DNA of 54,501 bases, filler included, from Squatina squatina (Eukaryota), in the NCBI GenBank assembly GCA_031763465.1. It is 3 parts of 3 records of this genome, joined end to end, with 100 filler letters (N's around TTAATTAATTAA, not from the genome) between each part and the next. Parts side by side here need not be neighbours in the genome. Positions count along the whole stretch, not along the records: positions 29,139 to 54,501 come from JARFOE010000100.1; 2 more parts are not named here. One strand, written 5' to 3'. Of the stretch, positions 35,264-49,374 are shown one piece after another (position 1 is the first letter of the stretch; every line of letters starts with the position of its first letter). Below the pieces are notes generated by a model. The model was not told the DNA's origin. It searched no databases and was given only the letters and a program-made list of their open reading frames with translations. The translations under genes were made by a program, and so were the position numbers.

Positions 35264-35849
35264 GGACCGAAGTTTAACTCTGAAAATGGGTGGATTGGGT
35301 TATGCCAGAGGTTAAAATACGTAAAATCTAGAACAGGAACTGAACTCGTCCATGTCCTGTTTTAACAGAGGTGGGACGAGGGGCAGGTGACCAATCCACT
35401 CCGAGGAGGTGGGTTGGTCATTTAAATAATATAACGAGGCTGCGTGCCTCAGCTAAAGGGAGGTGAGGACTGCTGGATCCAGCAGGTTAAGTGTCCTTCC
35501 ACTTATCTGCTAGATCCAGCTTACCTGCTTCTGCCCACCTCCCCGCCACCCCCCACCACCACACCCTGAGATCGGACTCTCCCCCAAGCCATGATCTCCC
35601 AGCTCCCTCCGATCTTACCAGTCCCTCCCTCCCTCCTCTCCGCTCCCTGACTGCGGCCTGGTGCTGCAGGCTTTCCTGACCGAGAGCCAGCCAGCCTCTC
35701 AATCTAGCTGGCTGCCGGCCGGGAAACAAAGTCAAAAAACATAACTGAAGTTCTGCCGTGTGACTCTGGGAAACCAGCATTATTTCCAGGTTTTACAACC
35801 ACTACACCTTGCCCCGTTTCCTCCCCACCTCCCCATAAATATTGGGGCC
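35264..35849. mobile_element. Non-autonomous DNA transposon, Harbinger-like
   Basis: GC-rich block bounded by imperfect inverted ends ggaccgaagttta / taaatattggggcc; flanks ata / att. Confidence 0.5.
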
Positions 35850-38800
35850 ATTGCAGAGAGATTATTCTGTTTAAGTTAAGTAAGTCAATCCACTGGTGGT
35901 GTCACATGTGTGCTTTGTTTTTCATTATTATATAGACTGTACTGATTGAGCGAAATGACTTTGCTCATACCTATTGCTCTGCACGTTTCAACCTACTGTG
36001 CAATAAAAGCAACATGATTCAAACCATGGCTTGAATCATCTAGTGTTAACTTGGTCAGCCTTCACTGAGACCGAAGAAGCACACATACAAAAGGTATTGT
36101 AGTTTGGTTCCGGTCTCAATTGGGTTCTATTGTTAGTCCACACAAGTAGATATAGTGCAGTGAGGGTCAGCTCCCATAAAAACAAGATGCACAAACCACT
36201 TACAAACTGATGCCACTGAACCCGAGAAGCTGTTTATAGCAGACCCAAAATCATAACAAAGACCAAACTTAGCCTTTGCAACAACCAAGCCTGAATCCAG
36301 TGCATTAGAAGAAAACCATTCCCGTTTATAACTAAACTTGTGTACTGTGCTTCCGTCATATATTCAGAAAGATCAGTGCTCACAAAGGATGCTATCTAAA
36401 TAACCAAACGGCAAATCTCTGGAACCATTGAATTATAAATTTGCAATCAGTTCTATAATACTTGGCCAACAGCTATAATAGTCATAAGCCAGATATTTGC
36501 AACATGAATAAGCGTGCAACATTCATAAAACATTATTTGGTCCAACTTCAACAGTTAGGAGATCTGATGATCTGCACAGCATCTCAGTTTTTGTTTGCTT
36601 GCCAAATGCTAACTGTATTTGTTCATTCATGTTTGCATATGTAACTTCTTCATTCTCCAAAATCAACCTATAAATATAACAGCAATTTTTTCTTAAAAAT
36701 GTTGAACCCAAGATCTGAATGCCTTAGACAGTGTATATACAGAACACAAAAAGACTTTCCCAAATGTATACTTAGGCATAAGCCTCCATAATCTTTACAT
36801 TTGTACAGCAGGAATTCTAAGACCTGGCTCAATATTTCTTTCAAAGGATGTGGTTTTCTCCTCCTACAGACACTGTCCAAGGATATTACACATTCAGATG
36901 TGAATAGTGATTTGTTAATCTGCCCTTGGTTAATCAAGCAACCATGAAAATCTGCCACCTTCATATAGATTCTTGTCATTTTTAGTGAAGCTCACTGGGA
37001 TTCACTGCTACAATGACTCTGTCTGTTATAGCGCATCTGTATCTGTAAATACCATCAGTAACGGCCATAATATCTCACCTACATAGATGTCAGCTAGTAA
37101 ACTGATCAATAACAATGAAAGGTCAGCTTCGAAATTCAGGAATTTCTGACTTTAAAAATACTTAAAAGTTTTTTTTTTANNNNNNNNNNNNNNNNNNNNN
37201 NNNNNNNNNNNNNNNNNNNNNNNNNNNNNNNNNNNNNNNNNNNNNNNNNNNNNNNNNNNNNNNNNNNNNNNNNNNNNNNAACACGGACTCGTCCAGGCCG
37301 CAGAAATGGCAGGCAAGTGGAAGCGGTTAGGCTAATTGAGGAATTCGTCAGCTGAAATAAACTAAGAAAATCAGTGCCAAGCATGGGCCCTTTAGTGCTG
37401 AAATTAGCATGTTTTTTAGAGCTGTCTGTGAGTATTTTTCTAAGTGTCGAATTGCTTGACTTTCAAAATAATTTCAAAGACCTGAACTTAGCATTCCCCA
37501 ATTCGTCTGTTAGTGCCAGAAACTCAGGGCAGTCGAATTGGACACCCTCAATAGCTAGGTATGCGTTATAAGGGTATAATTCAATCTGACAATATAGATA
37601 ATATCACCAACTATGAGAACAAAGTTCAAATGCTTTGTGAAAATTTTCCAGCACTTGATGATTGAATTAAAAATGCTAACTCACTTTCAGATACGTGTTA
37701 TATTACACAATCCAAACTACATAGCGTTTCCGTGTGTGTGCTTTAAAACAGTATTATTTTCTTGTCATATATGGCTGTCAGCTGCCACACTGAGCCAGAG
37801 CTAACGAGGCTGGGACAATGCGACGTAGGAACTCAGGGATTCCGGAGCTGTACGTCAAGTGACAGAATTCCAGCATTGTGTTACTGATATTATACTGTGT
37901 GGAATATCACATATGATAACAACTTTGCCTTTTCATCTGCTTCTATTATTTTCCAGCAGTTCGCCTCTGTCACAGTGAATACAGCCACAAGGGCATGGAA
38001 GCAGAACTGTGGATTCCACCTCANNNNNNNNNNNNNNNNNNNNNNNNNNNNNNNNNNNNNNNNNNNNNNNNNNNNNNNNNNNNNNNNNNNNNNNNNNNNN
38101 NNNNNNNNNNNNNNNNNNNNNNNCCACCAGGAGAAATCAACAATATTCTTTTGGTGGGACCTTGGGTAGCCAAGCAATTGTCATGCACGCTTTGTTGTGA
38201 GTAATAATCTGCCCTTTAATGACGAAATGATGGACCTGCCAAACACTAGCTCCTGCCATAGACTGCCTGTATTTCCCTCCTGCCAGGCAAAAAAGGATGC
38301 CCATCTGGGAGTTATTAACATATCCTCATCAATTCAATACCGACTTTAACATAATCCATATTTGTTGGAGGAAGTCCAACACCAGCTAGAGAACAGCAGT
38401 CATATGTTGCTGTGACACATTTCAACCAGTACATATAAAGCATGCTTGGGCAGCTAAGCAATTCAGAAATGCAAATATCAAAAGCGCTTCTCTGACTAGA
38501 TAAAAACGACAAATCCCTCTTGGCAAGACAGCTAAGTTACTTGTTTTCTAGTTTGAATTTTCCAAATGATGTCTTATAGCTATAAATAGAAGATCAAAGC
38601 TTGTGTCATCCCCATTATGTCTCTAAATGGGTTATGTAGAAAAAATCTTCACCAGTGAATATGTGTCTTTTAAATAGCTGACACCAAATTTCCTATTTGA
38701 GAAGTAGTGGGTTTGATTAAAATGAAATGAAAATCAAGGCAACACTCACTGGTTTATTTAAATCCTTGATCCAAAGACTACATCTGTTCTGTCTGGCTGA

Positions 38801-39200
38801 GACCCCGCTCTTCAAGTCCAGAGGCTACTCTTTTAAAAACAGAACTCTGACTTCTACTATAGATTAAAAATAAGATAAAGCCATAATGCACATTAATAGA
38901 CTGCACTCAAATATTCAGGAATGAGCATAGATATGAATATTTGCTTTAATTTCTGTAATAATTGTATTATGATTCACAAATTTGTAGTAAACATACGTTT
39001 GATTTAAAAGTTTGTTTTTTAACCAATATGCTGTTTGCAGGCTTTGATCCATTTACCCTGAGATAATGTGAACAATTAGACACCCAGCATTCTCTTTGGC
39101 NNNNNNNNNNNNNNNNNNNNNNNNNNNNNNNNNNNNNNNNNNNNNNNNNNNNNNNNNNNNNNNNNNNNNNNNNNNNNNNNNNNNNNNNNNNNNNNNNNNN

Positions 39201-39480
39201 CAGCCCTCTGGGGCAGAGAATTCCAAATGTTCACAACCCTCTGAGTGAAGAACTTTCTTCTCATCTCAGTTTTAAATGACTGACCCCTTATTCTGAGACT
39301 GTGACCCCTGGTTCTAGACTCCCCAGCCAGAGGCAAACACCCTCTCAGCATTTACCCCGTCAATCCCTCTCAGAATCTTATATGTTTCAATGAGATCGCC
39401 TCTCATTCTTTTAAACTGCAGAGAATACAGGACCATTTTACACAAACTCTCCTCACAGCACAATCCTCTCAGCCCAGGGA
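39201..39480 (-). mobile_element. CR1 ORF2 C-terminal fragment
   Basis: PLAGESRTRGHSLRIRGQSFKTEMRRKFFTQRVVNIWNSLPQRA. Confidence 0.9.
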
Positions 39481-40933
39481 TCGGTCCCTGCTGCTGATGT
39501 CCTCGTTACGCTCATTCATTCCTTCCCAACATCTGCGGAACTCGATGTTGTGTTTTGAGGTTTTTAGTCAGATATTAGTTCCATGCTCATGGCTATAGTT
39601 TGTTCATTAATCCAGCCCAAACTCCCTGTGAACTGGGGTGCACCTCCACACCGCTAATATCTGGGACAAGATAGTGACCCCAGGGGTCAAACAGACTCTG
39701 CTGTTGTTAGTTTTAGCTAACTGGATATGTCAGAGCCTCAGAAGGTTGAATTTATGGCGTATCAGGGTTGTGGTCTAGGCTGTAAACTACAGAAACAGGT
39801 TTATTAACATCACAGTTGCAATGATACAGCAATCAGTCTCCCTTTGAAGTAAAGGAAAACAAAAAAATCTTTCAAAAATAAGTAAGTAATTGGAAATAAT
39901 GATCTATTCCTGGGACACTAAAGAACACAATGGAAGATTTTCGATGATTACAACGTATCATTAATCTGTAGTTTGGTCTTAGCCATGAAGCACATTTCTG
40001 GTTTAAATACATAAAAAAAAATCTTTCCTACTTAACACAACTTTATGTTTGGATGGCTAGGTAATGTTGACAGGGAAACTTTCTATCAGACCTGGGTCAA
40101 AAGAAGTGCATCTCACTACTTCAAAGAGTTATGACTCCAGCAGTTTAAAACCACTATTTATTACCTGAACTTTACAATCAGGCATTATTAATCTTTACCT
40201 GACACTAAAGTATGTTAATATATGACCACACAGATTCAAAGGCAGAGTTCCACAAAGCTTTATCTGATGAGGCATGTCTGCCTGTCAGTTAATTTTTTGC
40301 TGACTGTAAAAAAAAACTGCTAAGTGGGCTGCCTAAAGTTTCACTTGAACATTAGCATTACATGCATAAACAATAGAACTACTGTAACCTGCAGGATATC
40401 AAGTACAATGCTACCAAAGAGAAAAGGAAAATGTCATCTCTGCCCATAATTTAAAAATCTATTTTATATTGGATTGTTTTCCTTTGTGTATGGAACCAGC
40501 CTCCCGGACTCCGGGTGTCTTTTTCCTCAAGTACAAGTGAAGTGACCAGCTCCATTGCAATAAGAGAATTCCTGCCTGCTTGAGTGGATACCATCCTTAC
40601 ATGTTCTCAGCTGTGTAATGATGTGTTGGTAAGTCACGCGCACTATGGGTTGTCACGAGTAGCATGAGACTTGGATTAAACTGCCCCTTTTACACAAGGT
40701 AAGCCTGAATGTTTGAAGTGGAATGAAGGTAGGAGGGAGCGACATTTGGAAAAACTGCTAATGTATTAAAATGCGAAATTCCCATGGCAGTTTCACTCCT
40801 TGCTGCATGTTAATCGCACTTCCATAAATCAAGNNNNNNNNNNNNNNNNNNNNNNNNNNNNNNNNNNNNNNNNNNNNNNNNNNNNNNNNNNNNNNNNNNN
40901 NNNNNNNNNNNNNNNNNNNNNNNNNNNNNNNNN

Positions 40934-41198
40934 CAGGTGTGGTCTCACCAAGGCCCTATATAATTGCAGTAAGGCATCCTTACTTCTGTACTCAAATCCT
41001 CTTGCAATGAAGGCCAACATACCATTTGCCTTCCTAACTGCCTGCTGCACCTGCCTGTTTACTTTCATTGACTGGTGTACCAGGACACCCAGGTCCCTTT
41101 GTATATCAACATTTCCCAATGTATTACCATTTAAATAATACTCTGTCTTTCTGTTTTTCACACCGAAGTGTATAACTTCACATTTATCCACGTTATAC
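40934..41198 (-). mobile_element. CR1 RT C-terminal fragment, low divergence
   Basis: Open DKCEVIHFGVKNRKTEYYLNG...QRDLGVLVHQSMKV..QVQQAVRKANGMLAFIARGFEYRSKDALLQLYRALVRPHL. Confidence 0.92.
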
Positions 41199-43391
41199 TT
41201 TTCTAATCCCCATTCTTTAATGAATAGGAGGAAACATCTTTACTCCTGACATTCAGATACAGTTGTTGTCTTCTGGCGATAAAAAATAAATTGATCCATG
41301 GTAAAAGATTCTGGCCATGGTATCCTAGGTTAAGAGGGGTTACAAAATGAAATAGCTCCAAATACATCTTCACAGTAATTCTTCCATGTTTCGAGCCTGT
41401 GTTTTTCTATATAAAGGAACCTAGTATTTAAAGAGAAATGATAGCTCTGCTGTCACTATTGATGCCAAAATGTTTAAGGAATTTGGGAATATTGAGGGGG
41501 TATTGCATTATCAGAAATAGATGCAACTTTCAACTCTGAAGATAATCAGAATAAATTATATACCATACGTAAGTATTATCTTTCTCTTCTGCTAATTTAA
41601 TAGACTGGATCCATTTCGTGAAGTGTTGAAGTGTTTAATAATGACATTTAGCTGTGCATTGATTTGAAATAGCAGTGATAGGTTAGTCCGTTAACACAGA
41701 TAATTGTCATCATGCATTGCTGCTGGTTTGACCTGCAGCTTCTGTTAGCAGGTTTTCCTTCATAGTTTTTTTTTCTAGTAATGCACTCCATATACAGCTA
41801 TTAATCCAATTGCTTTGCTTTTCGAGAACTTTCCTATACAAACACCCCTAGCTCTGGCACCATGATACTATTTTCCTGTTTCATCTTAGAATGCACCTAG
41901 GAAAGCCAAGGGAATGTACATTTATAGAAACTATTGTGTTTGTGAAAAAGACAACTAAAGCTAAAAAAAAATGTACTCAGAAATGCTCTTACCTTTTATT
42001 CCTGTTTTTTGTTATAATAATATCTACATTTTCTTCTGTCTGGTGTCTGGCAGTGGGATTGGTTGTCTTTTACATCCATTACATTCTCAATGATGGTGTT
42101 ATTGTGGCCAGTTACTCTTGTGTGTTCAGATCCAATGCTTGCAGGATCAAGACAGCAAAGATTTATGGGACTGGATCTGAACTGCACCATAGAGCTTACC
42201 GTCCGGNNNNNNNNNNNNNNNNNNNNNNNNNNNNNNNNNNNNNNNNNNNNNNNNNNNNNNNNNNNNNNNNNNNNNNNNNNNNNNNNNNNNNNNNNNNNNN
42301 NNNNNNNNNNTACAAGTTTGAATATAATTATTAAATATATTGAAGCACTGGTGCTGAACTTTCAGCTAGGAGACCGGTGTCAGCTGATAATTCTAACGGG
42401 GTCTCTCGAAAGTGTGAGTTTTGCAAGTTTTAGCTGGGTCATCTATGGGAAGGAGGGATGAAAACTTTCCAGGGATTGGGGGATTTCTATATCTCTTCAG
42501 TAGACATCCTGATAGCTCACTAAGGAACAGCTTCAACAGAATCCATGGAATTGCCTGCATATTGAGATATTCTCTCTCCCATAGAGAGTTGTGTGGGTGT
42601 AGAGGGTTAATGGACTGATGGATAAGTTAAGGGCAAAAATGATAAAATAGGGTTTCGCATAAAAGGATCTTTTTTATCAATTCTCACAATAAGCGAGGTT
42701 CTTAACCCATGGATATGAGTTATTCATCAAATTCAAAGGGCTCAATATCATTAATATTCTTTAATAATAAATTAACAGCAATGCTAGAGGTTCTCAGTTA
42801 AGCATAGTATGTTTCTTCATTTCGTTGTAGCTCAAAGAGATTATGAAGTAGGTACCTAGTAAAGTAAATGTAAGACAGTGCAGTATCTAATACATATGGG
42901 ATAATAAATAGCTGACAGTAAGCTAAGCTTGAGCAGTTTATGAATGTCAGATGAACCCCAAGATTGAATTACTGCCTTAAAGTCACTGTCAGACATTTAT
43001 TATTTGATGTAATATATAGTTTTTAATGTTATGTGACAGACTGAGCAGGGTAGAGGCAGCGTGAGGTAGATGGAAAAGTAATAAAGATGGTAGTGATCTA
43101 GGAGCTGCCAGTATACGGTATCACATGACTAATACCATATAGAAGCTTTTTTTTTCAAGCAGATTACAGTAAAATGTACCCCATACTGCATATCATTTAT
43201 AATCATTGGACTTCCACAAAATCTCAGCAAGAGTGATTCTTCGTTGACAGTGCCCTAAAATAGTAATGGTTTCTTATTTGTTTGNNNNNNNNNNNNNNNN
43301 NNNNNNNNNNNNNNNNNNNNNNNNNNNNNNNNNNNNNNNNNNNNNNNNNNNNNNNNNNNNNNNNNNNNNNNNNNNNNNNNNNNNNNNNNNN

Positions 43392-46380
43392 TATTGGGAG
43401 AGATTTGAAACAAAGAATACAAGAGAATGCGATTTGGAGAGATTTGAAACAGAGAACAGCAGAAAACCATATCGGAATACATTTGAAACAAAGAACACAA
43501 GAGAATGAGATTTGGAGAGATTTGAAACAAGGAGCTCAAGAGAATGCTATTGGGCGAGATTTGCAACAGGGAACAGAAGAGAACGATATTGGGAGAGATT
43601 TGAAACAAGGAATACAAGAGAATGCGATTGGGAGAGATTTGCAACAGAGAACAGAAGAAAACCATATCGGAATAGAATTGAAACAAAGAATACAAGAGAA
43701 TGAGATTTTGGGAGATTTGAAACAAGCAGCTCCAGAGAATGCTATTGGCCGAGATTTGAAACAAGAAACACAAGAGAATGCTATTGGCAGAGATTTGAAA
43801 CAAGGAACACAAGAGAATGATATAGGAATGGATTTGAAACAAGGAGCTCCAGAGAATGCATTTGGTGAGATGTAAAACAAGGAACGCAATAGCATGCTCT
43901 TGGGAGAGAATTGAAAGATGTAACACAAGAGAATGATATTGGGAGAGATTTGAAATAAGGAAGAGAGGAGAATGATATTGGAATAGATTTGAAACACTGA
44001 ACTCAAGAGAATGCAATTTGCAGAGATGCAAAACAAGGAACACCAGAGAATGCTATTGGGATTGATTTGAGCCAAAGAACACAAGAGAATGCTATCGGGA
44101 GAGATTTGAAACAAGGAACAGAAGAGAAAGATATTTGAAGTGAATTAAACCAAGAAACACAAGAGAATGCTATTGGGAGAGATTTGAAACAAGAAACACA
44201 AGAGAATAATGTTGGGCATGATTTGAAACAAGGAAGAGACGACAATGACATTGGAATAGATTTGAAGCAAAGAACTCTAGAGAAAGCAATTTAGACAGAA
44301 TTAAAACAAGGACACAAGAGAATGCTACCGGGAGAGATTTGAAACAAAGAACACAAAAACTGCTATTGGGAGAAATTTGAAACAAGGAACACAAGAGAAC
44401 GATATTGAGAGAGATTTGAAACAAGGAACAGAAGAGAATGATATAGGAATAGATTTGAAACAAGGAACTCCAGAGAATGCTATTGAGAGAGATCTGATAC
44501 AAGGAATACAAGAGAATGCTATTGGGAGATATTTGAAACAAGGAACAAAAGAGAATGCTATTGGGAGAAATTTGAAACAAGGAGCACAAAAGAACGATAT
44601 CGGGAGAGATTTGAAACTTGGAACACAAGAGAACGATATTTGGAGCGAATTGAAACTAGGAACACAAGAGAATGCTATTGGGCGAGATTTGAAACATGGA
44701 ACACAAGGGAACGATATTTGGAGAGATTTGAAACTAGGAACACAAGCGAATTCTACTGGGAGAGATTTGCAACAAGGAACAGAAGAGAATCATATTGGAA
44801 TGGATTTGAAATAAGGAACGCGAGTGAATGTACTGGAGAGATTTGAAACAAGCAGCACATGAGATTGATGTTAGGACAGATTTGAAACAAGGAAGAGAAT
44901 AGAATGATATTGGAATGGATTTGAAACAAAGAACTCAAGATAATGCAATGTGGAGAGATTTAAAACAAGAAACACAAGAGAATGATATTGGGAGAGATTT
45001 GAAACAGAGAAGACAAGTTAATGATACTGGGACAGATTTGAAGCAAGTAACAGAAGAGATTGATCTAGGAATAGATTTGAAACAAGGAACTCCAGAAAAT
45101 GCTATTGGGAGAGATTTGTAACAAGGAGCACAAGAGGACGATATTGGAATAGATTTGAAACAAAGAACTCAAGAGAATGCAACTTGGACAGATTTAAAAC
45201 AAGGCACACAAGAGAATGCTATTGGGAGAGATTTGAAACAGGGAACAGAAGAGAATAATATTGGAATACATTTGAAAGAGGGAACACAAGAGAATGCAAT
45301 TTGGACAGATTTAAAACAAGGAACAAAAGAGAATGCTGTTGGGAGAGATTTGAAACATGGAACACAAGAGAACGATATTGGGAGAGAGGTCAAACAAGGA
45401 ACACAAGAGAGTCATATTGGGAGAGATTGAAAACAAGGAACACAAGAGAATGCTATTGGGAGAAATTTGAAACAAGGAGCACAAGAGAACGATATTGGGA
45501 GAGAGTTGAAACAAAGAAGAGAAGAGAACGATATTGGAATAGATTTGATACAAGGAACTCAAGAGAATGCTGTTGGGAGAGATTTGATACAAGGAACACA
45601 AGAGAACGATATTGGGAGAGATTTGAAACAAGGTATACAAGAGAATACAAGAGAACCCTAACCCTAACCCTAACCCCAACCCTAACCTTAACCCAAATTG
45701 TGAGAGAATTAACACAAGAAAGAGAAGAGAACGATATTGGAATAGATTTGAAACAAAGAACTCAAAAGAATGCAATTTGGAAAGATTTAAAGCAAGGAAC
45801 ACAAGAGAATGCTGTTGGGAGAGATTTGCACCAGGAACACAAGAGAATGCTATTGGGAGAGATTTGAAACAGGGAACAGAAGAAAATGATATAGGAATAG
45901 ATTTGAAACAAGGAACTCCAGAGAATGCTATTGAGAGAGATCTGATACAAGGAATACAAGAGAATGCTATTGGGAGAGATTTGAAACAAGGAACAAAAGA
46001 GAATGCTATTGGGAGAAATTTGAAACAAGGAGCACAAAAGAACGATATTGGGAGAGATTTGAAACAAGGAACGCAAGAGAATGCTATTGGGCGAGATTTG
46101 AAACAGGGAACAGAAGAGAACGATATTGGGAGAGATTTGAAACAAAGAACATAAGAGAATGCTATTGGGAGAGATTTGAAACACGGAACTCAAGCGAATG
46201 CTATTGGGAGAGATTTGAAACAAGAAACACAAGAGAATGATGTTGGGAGAGATTTGAAACAAGGAAGAGACGAGAATGACATTGGAATAGATTTGAAACA
46301 AAGAACTCAAGAGAATGCAATTTGGACATAATTAAAACAAGGAACAGAAGAGTATGCTACTGGGATAGATTTAAAAACAA
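43392..46380. repeat. 39-bp satellite, about 75 copies, with higher-order variant pattern
   Basis: Consensus attgggagagatttgaaacaaggaacacaagagaatgct; accounts for all the 13-aa-repeat ORFs on both strands; the left edge is in a gap. Confidence 0.95.
45654..45695 (-). repeat. Interstitial telomeric sequence, 7 hexamers (TTAGGG on minus strand)
   Basis: aaccct aaccct aaccct aacccc aaccct aacctt aaccca: 4 perfect and 3 variant units. Confidence 0.9.
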
Positions 46381-49199
46381 ATAACTCAATACATGTCAAA
46401 CTGGACAGAATTATAGTAATTTTTAAAAGTTTACACATCTTTATGATGTCTGTATGTTTTCTACTTCCCTTTTACATTTACTCCTGGTGGGGAGGCACAA
46501 TCTGGTTTGATTCTTAAGAAACTTTACTTAAACACAGCCTTTCTGCTGAGTAGGGAGTACTGCTGATAAGTGATTCATGTTGGATTTACTCTCCCAAAAT
46601 GTAAACAAGAACAGAGGAGTTCCTTTCACACTGCTGTAAAAGAGCTTGAACTTTTATGACAACTTTTATGGTGTCAGATCAATCCTGCTGCTTTCGGATG
46701 AAAAGCCAATGCAGAAATTGTAAGATAAATATATAACAGCAGGCAGACAATGTATTACTTTCAGAGAAAGATGATTGTTTCCATAAATGTACAACAGTAT
46801 GCTGTATAATCAGTCTGCTTATGTTTAGCATGTAAAATCTCATTTTGCCCAGTGCAACCAAACTGCATGCTGCCTATCTGCATGGCATTCCAACCTTATC
46901 AACCTGCTTACCAGACACAGGTCAGTCACTAGCCATTGTAACTTTGCACTTAAGACTTGAAAGATTAAACATGATTGTCTGCCTGAAGCACACAAGCAAA
47001 CATGCCTTCTAAACACACAGAAAGTGTAATTGAAATCGTTTTGTGACTTGTCCTCTTGTTATGTATACACTTGACATAGAGGTGAAAGTTTAGACTTTAA
47101 TTATACGCCGTCTAGTGCATGGCACCATTTATCATGTAAAAGTGNNNNNNNNNNNNNNNNNNNNNNNNNNNNNNNNNNNNNNNNNNNNNNNNNNNNNNNC
47201 AGTTCACATGGAAGATTGAATTCTCTTCACATCTATTAGTCCAAACTGAATTCTATCTCCTGCAGTGCTTACATTGCACCTTCTCCCCAAACGAAAATGT
47301 CACTGAATGGTATCCAGTGACTATCTGATATACGTATTGTATTGTAGAAAGCGGCAGAAAATCAACAGGGGTGCAATCACTCTGTGTCTGCAAATATGAA
47401 TTTTGATTCCAAATTATTTTAGAATTGGAAACACGTACCATGAGGTAGACAGTCTTTCACTCTGCAAAGGGAGCAAATGGACCTGCTCTATTTACATGAA
47501 GCATTTTAATTTAAAACAGCTGCAAATGTGGTACACAAAACAAATTAGCAGGTGCCCTGTAAACAGGGGCTTGAGAGCTAATGCATTCATAATAATAATC
47601 CAGGAAAAAGGCACAAAATGGAGGTAGGTGCAATGAATATGTCATGTGATAATGAATTCTTCCTGAGGTTAATCCCAGCAATGAAATCACAGTAGAACTG
47701 GCTAGATCTGGATGAAAGCTTACAGACGTAACAATAAAAATGGCGCCAGGCAAGCTACACTGTGTAGGAATGTCAAAGCCAGCTGTTAAAGATTGTGCCA
47801 CTTCAGTAAGCAGACACCATTTCTGTACTGACATTCAGTAACACTCCATTTTGTGTTAAGAGATAGGAAGACAAAAACAGTATAGGAAAATCATAGCAAG
47901 AAAAGTTGCCTTCACATCCATGAATTGTCTGTCTGTGATGTCTCTCAGAGCTTGCAATATCAACAAATAAAAGCTGTCAATTGGAAATAAATAAGAGGGT
48001 TATTTTATACTATTTTTCATCTAATCATGATATCTTTAAATTATTGGCAGTGCTGTAGAAAATCCTCGCTGTCAGTCTTTTACACACAGCCTCAAAACTA
48101 CAGATTTACATTGAGGAATGGCAGGAATTCAGACATCTAGCAGATTGGCTAATTTGCACAAGAAAATGAATAAAGGTAAACTGAGATTTCATCTACTGAA
48201 TCCCAGTGTCTATAATATCTGCACTGATGTTGAAGCCACTGGAATTTACAGAATGATATAGCATCCGGTTTATTGGTTAATAGTACCTGAAACTCATTAT
48301 AATAGCAGCACCAATGTGCTCTCAAAATTGGTGATTGTAACTAATGGGAGACAAGTAAATACTGATCTTTGAATTTATCAACGAGTTCCCTTAAAATATG
48401 TGCAGAGGCAAAAAGGAGATGAGTGGCTATTCTGGGCTAGTGCCTCCACTTCTCACTCCCTCAGCCTTGCCATTGACCCTGTATATTCCCAACATTAGGC
48501 ACAAAATATGTCTCCATCATTAGATTGAGTTACATTTAATTAAAAATTCTAGTGATGTCTGTCACACAGGTCAAATTGCTTCTGTTGATAAATGTAATAA
48601 TTCTGGTACGCGTTGCTTTAATTTGCTGTCTATTTACTCATGCAGTAGCAATTAACTTTCATTACATTATTTTGTGTGATTACATTCTTAATTGCTTGTA
48701 TTAAGCATCCATTTGATATTTATTAATAACCATACTCTAAAACCAGGCACTGTGAAAATACAAATTGTTCACAATTTCCATACCAGTAATTACAAGCAAA
48801 AGCTTAAATGTAAGTTCTTTCAAATCTGAACTATGCAGTGATTGCACAGATATAAAAAGATACCACTCATGTGAAAAGGTAGTACCGTTCACTAACTGTT
48901 TCACTCATTTAAATGGCGGCATATTCAGTTTATACAATACAATTAATTCCCCCACCTTTTTTCAGTTGTAGAATAAATTATTCGGTCTGTATTCTGTGCT
49001 ACACTGCCCAAACCTTTTCCAAAGGATATATATCATTCATCTATTTTGCATATGTTCTCTATCTGTACTTATGCAAAGTCACTCAATAGAGTATTTCAGN
49101 NNNNNNNNNNNNNNNNNNNNNNNNNNNNNNNNNNNNNNNNNNNNNNNNNNNNNNNNNNNNNNNNNNNNNNNNNNNNNNNNNNNNNNNNNNNNNNNNNNN

Positions 49200-49374
49200 T
49201 GGCTGCATCCCCCTCGCAATATGGCAAGTTCCTAAGGCCCACACTCACCCAAGTCTGGTGGAAGTTCCAGTGGAGGCCAGGAAGCCTATGCAAAGTACCC
49301 CAGTTGGGCTTTTGGGAGCATCTCAGGGTGGCTGGAAGTCCCAGTCGGTGAACCTAAGCCTTAATGTCGGGGCT
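49200..49374. mobile_element. Probable end of a non-autonomous DNA element next to a gap
   Basis: GC-richer block ending taatgtcggggc, similar to the end of 35264-35849. Confidence 0.3.

Noticed and set aside
41891-42334. ORF with a hydrophobic, transmembrane-like stretch
   Set aside because: T-rich composition plus an N gap inflates it; no recognisable family.
43255-46310. Long ORFs (up to 262 aa) as protein-coding genes
   Set aside because: Fully explained by a 39-bp unit lacking stops in some frames; the array has scattered stops and frameshifts and no clear exon boundaries.
43392-46380. CRISPR-like array
   Set aside because: Units are head-to-tail with no unique spacers, no cas genes are present, and the DNA is vertebrate.
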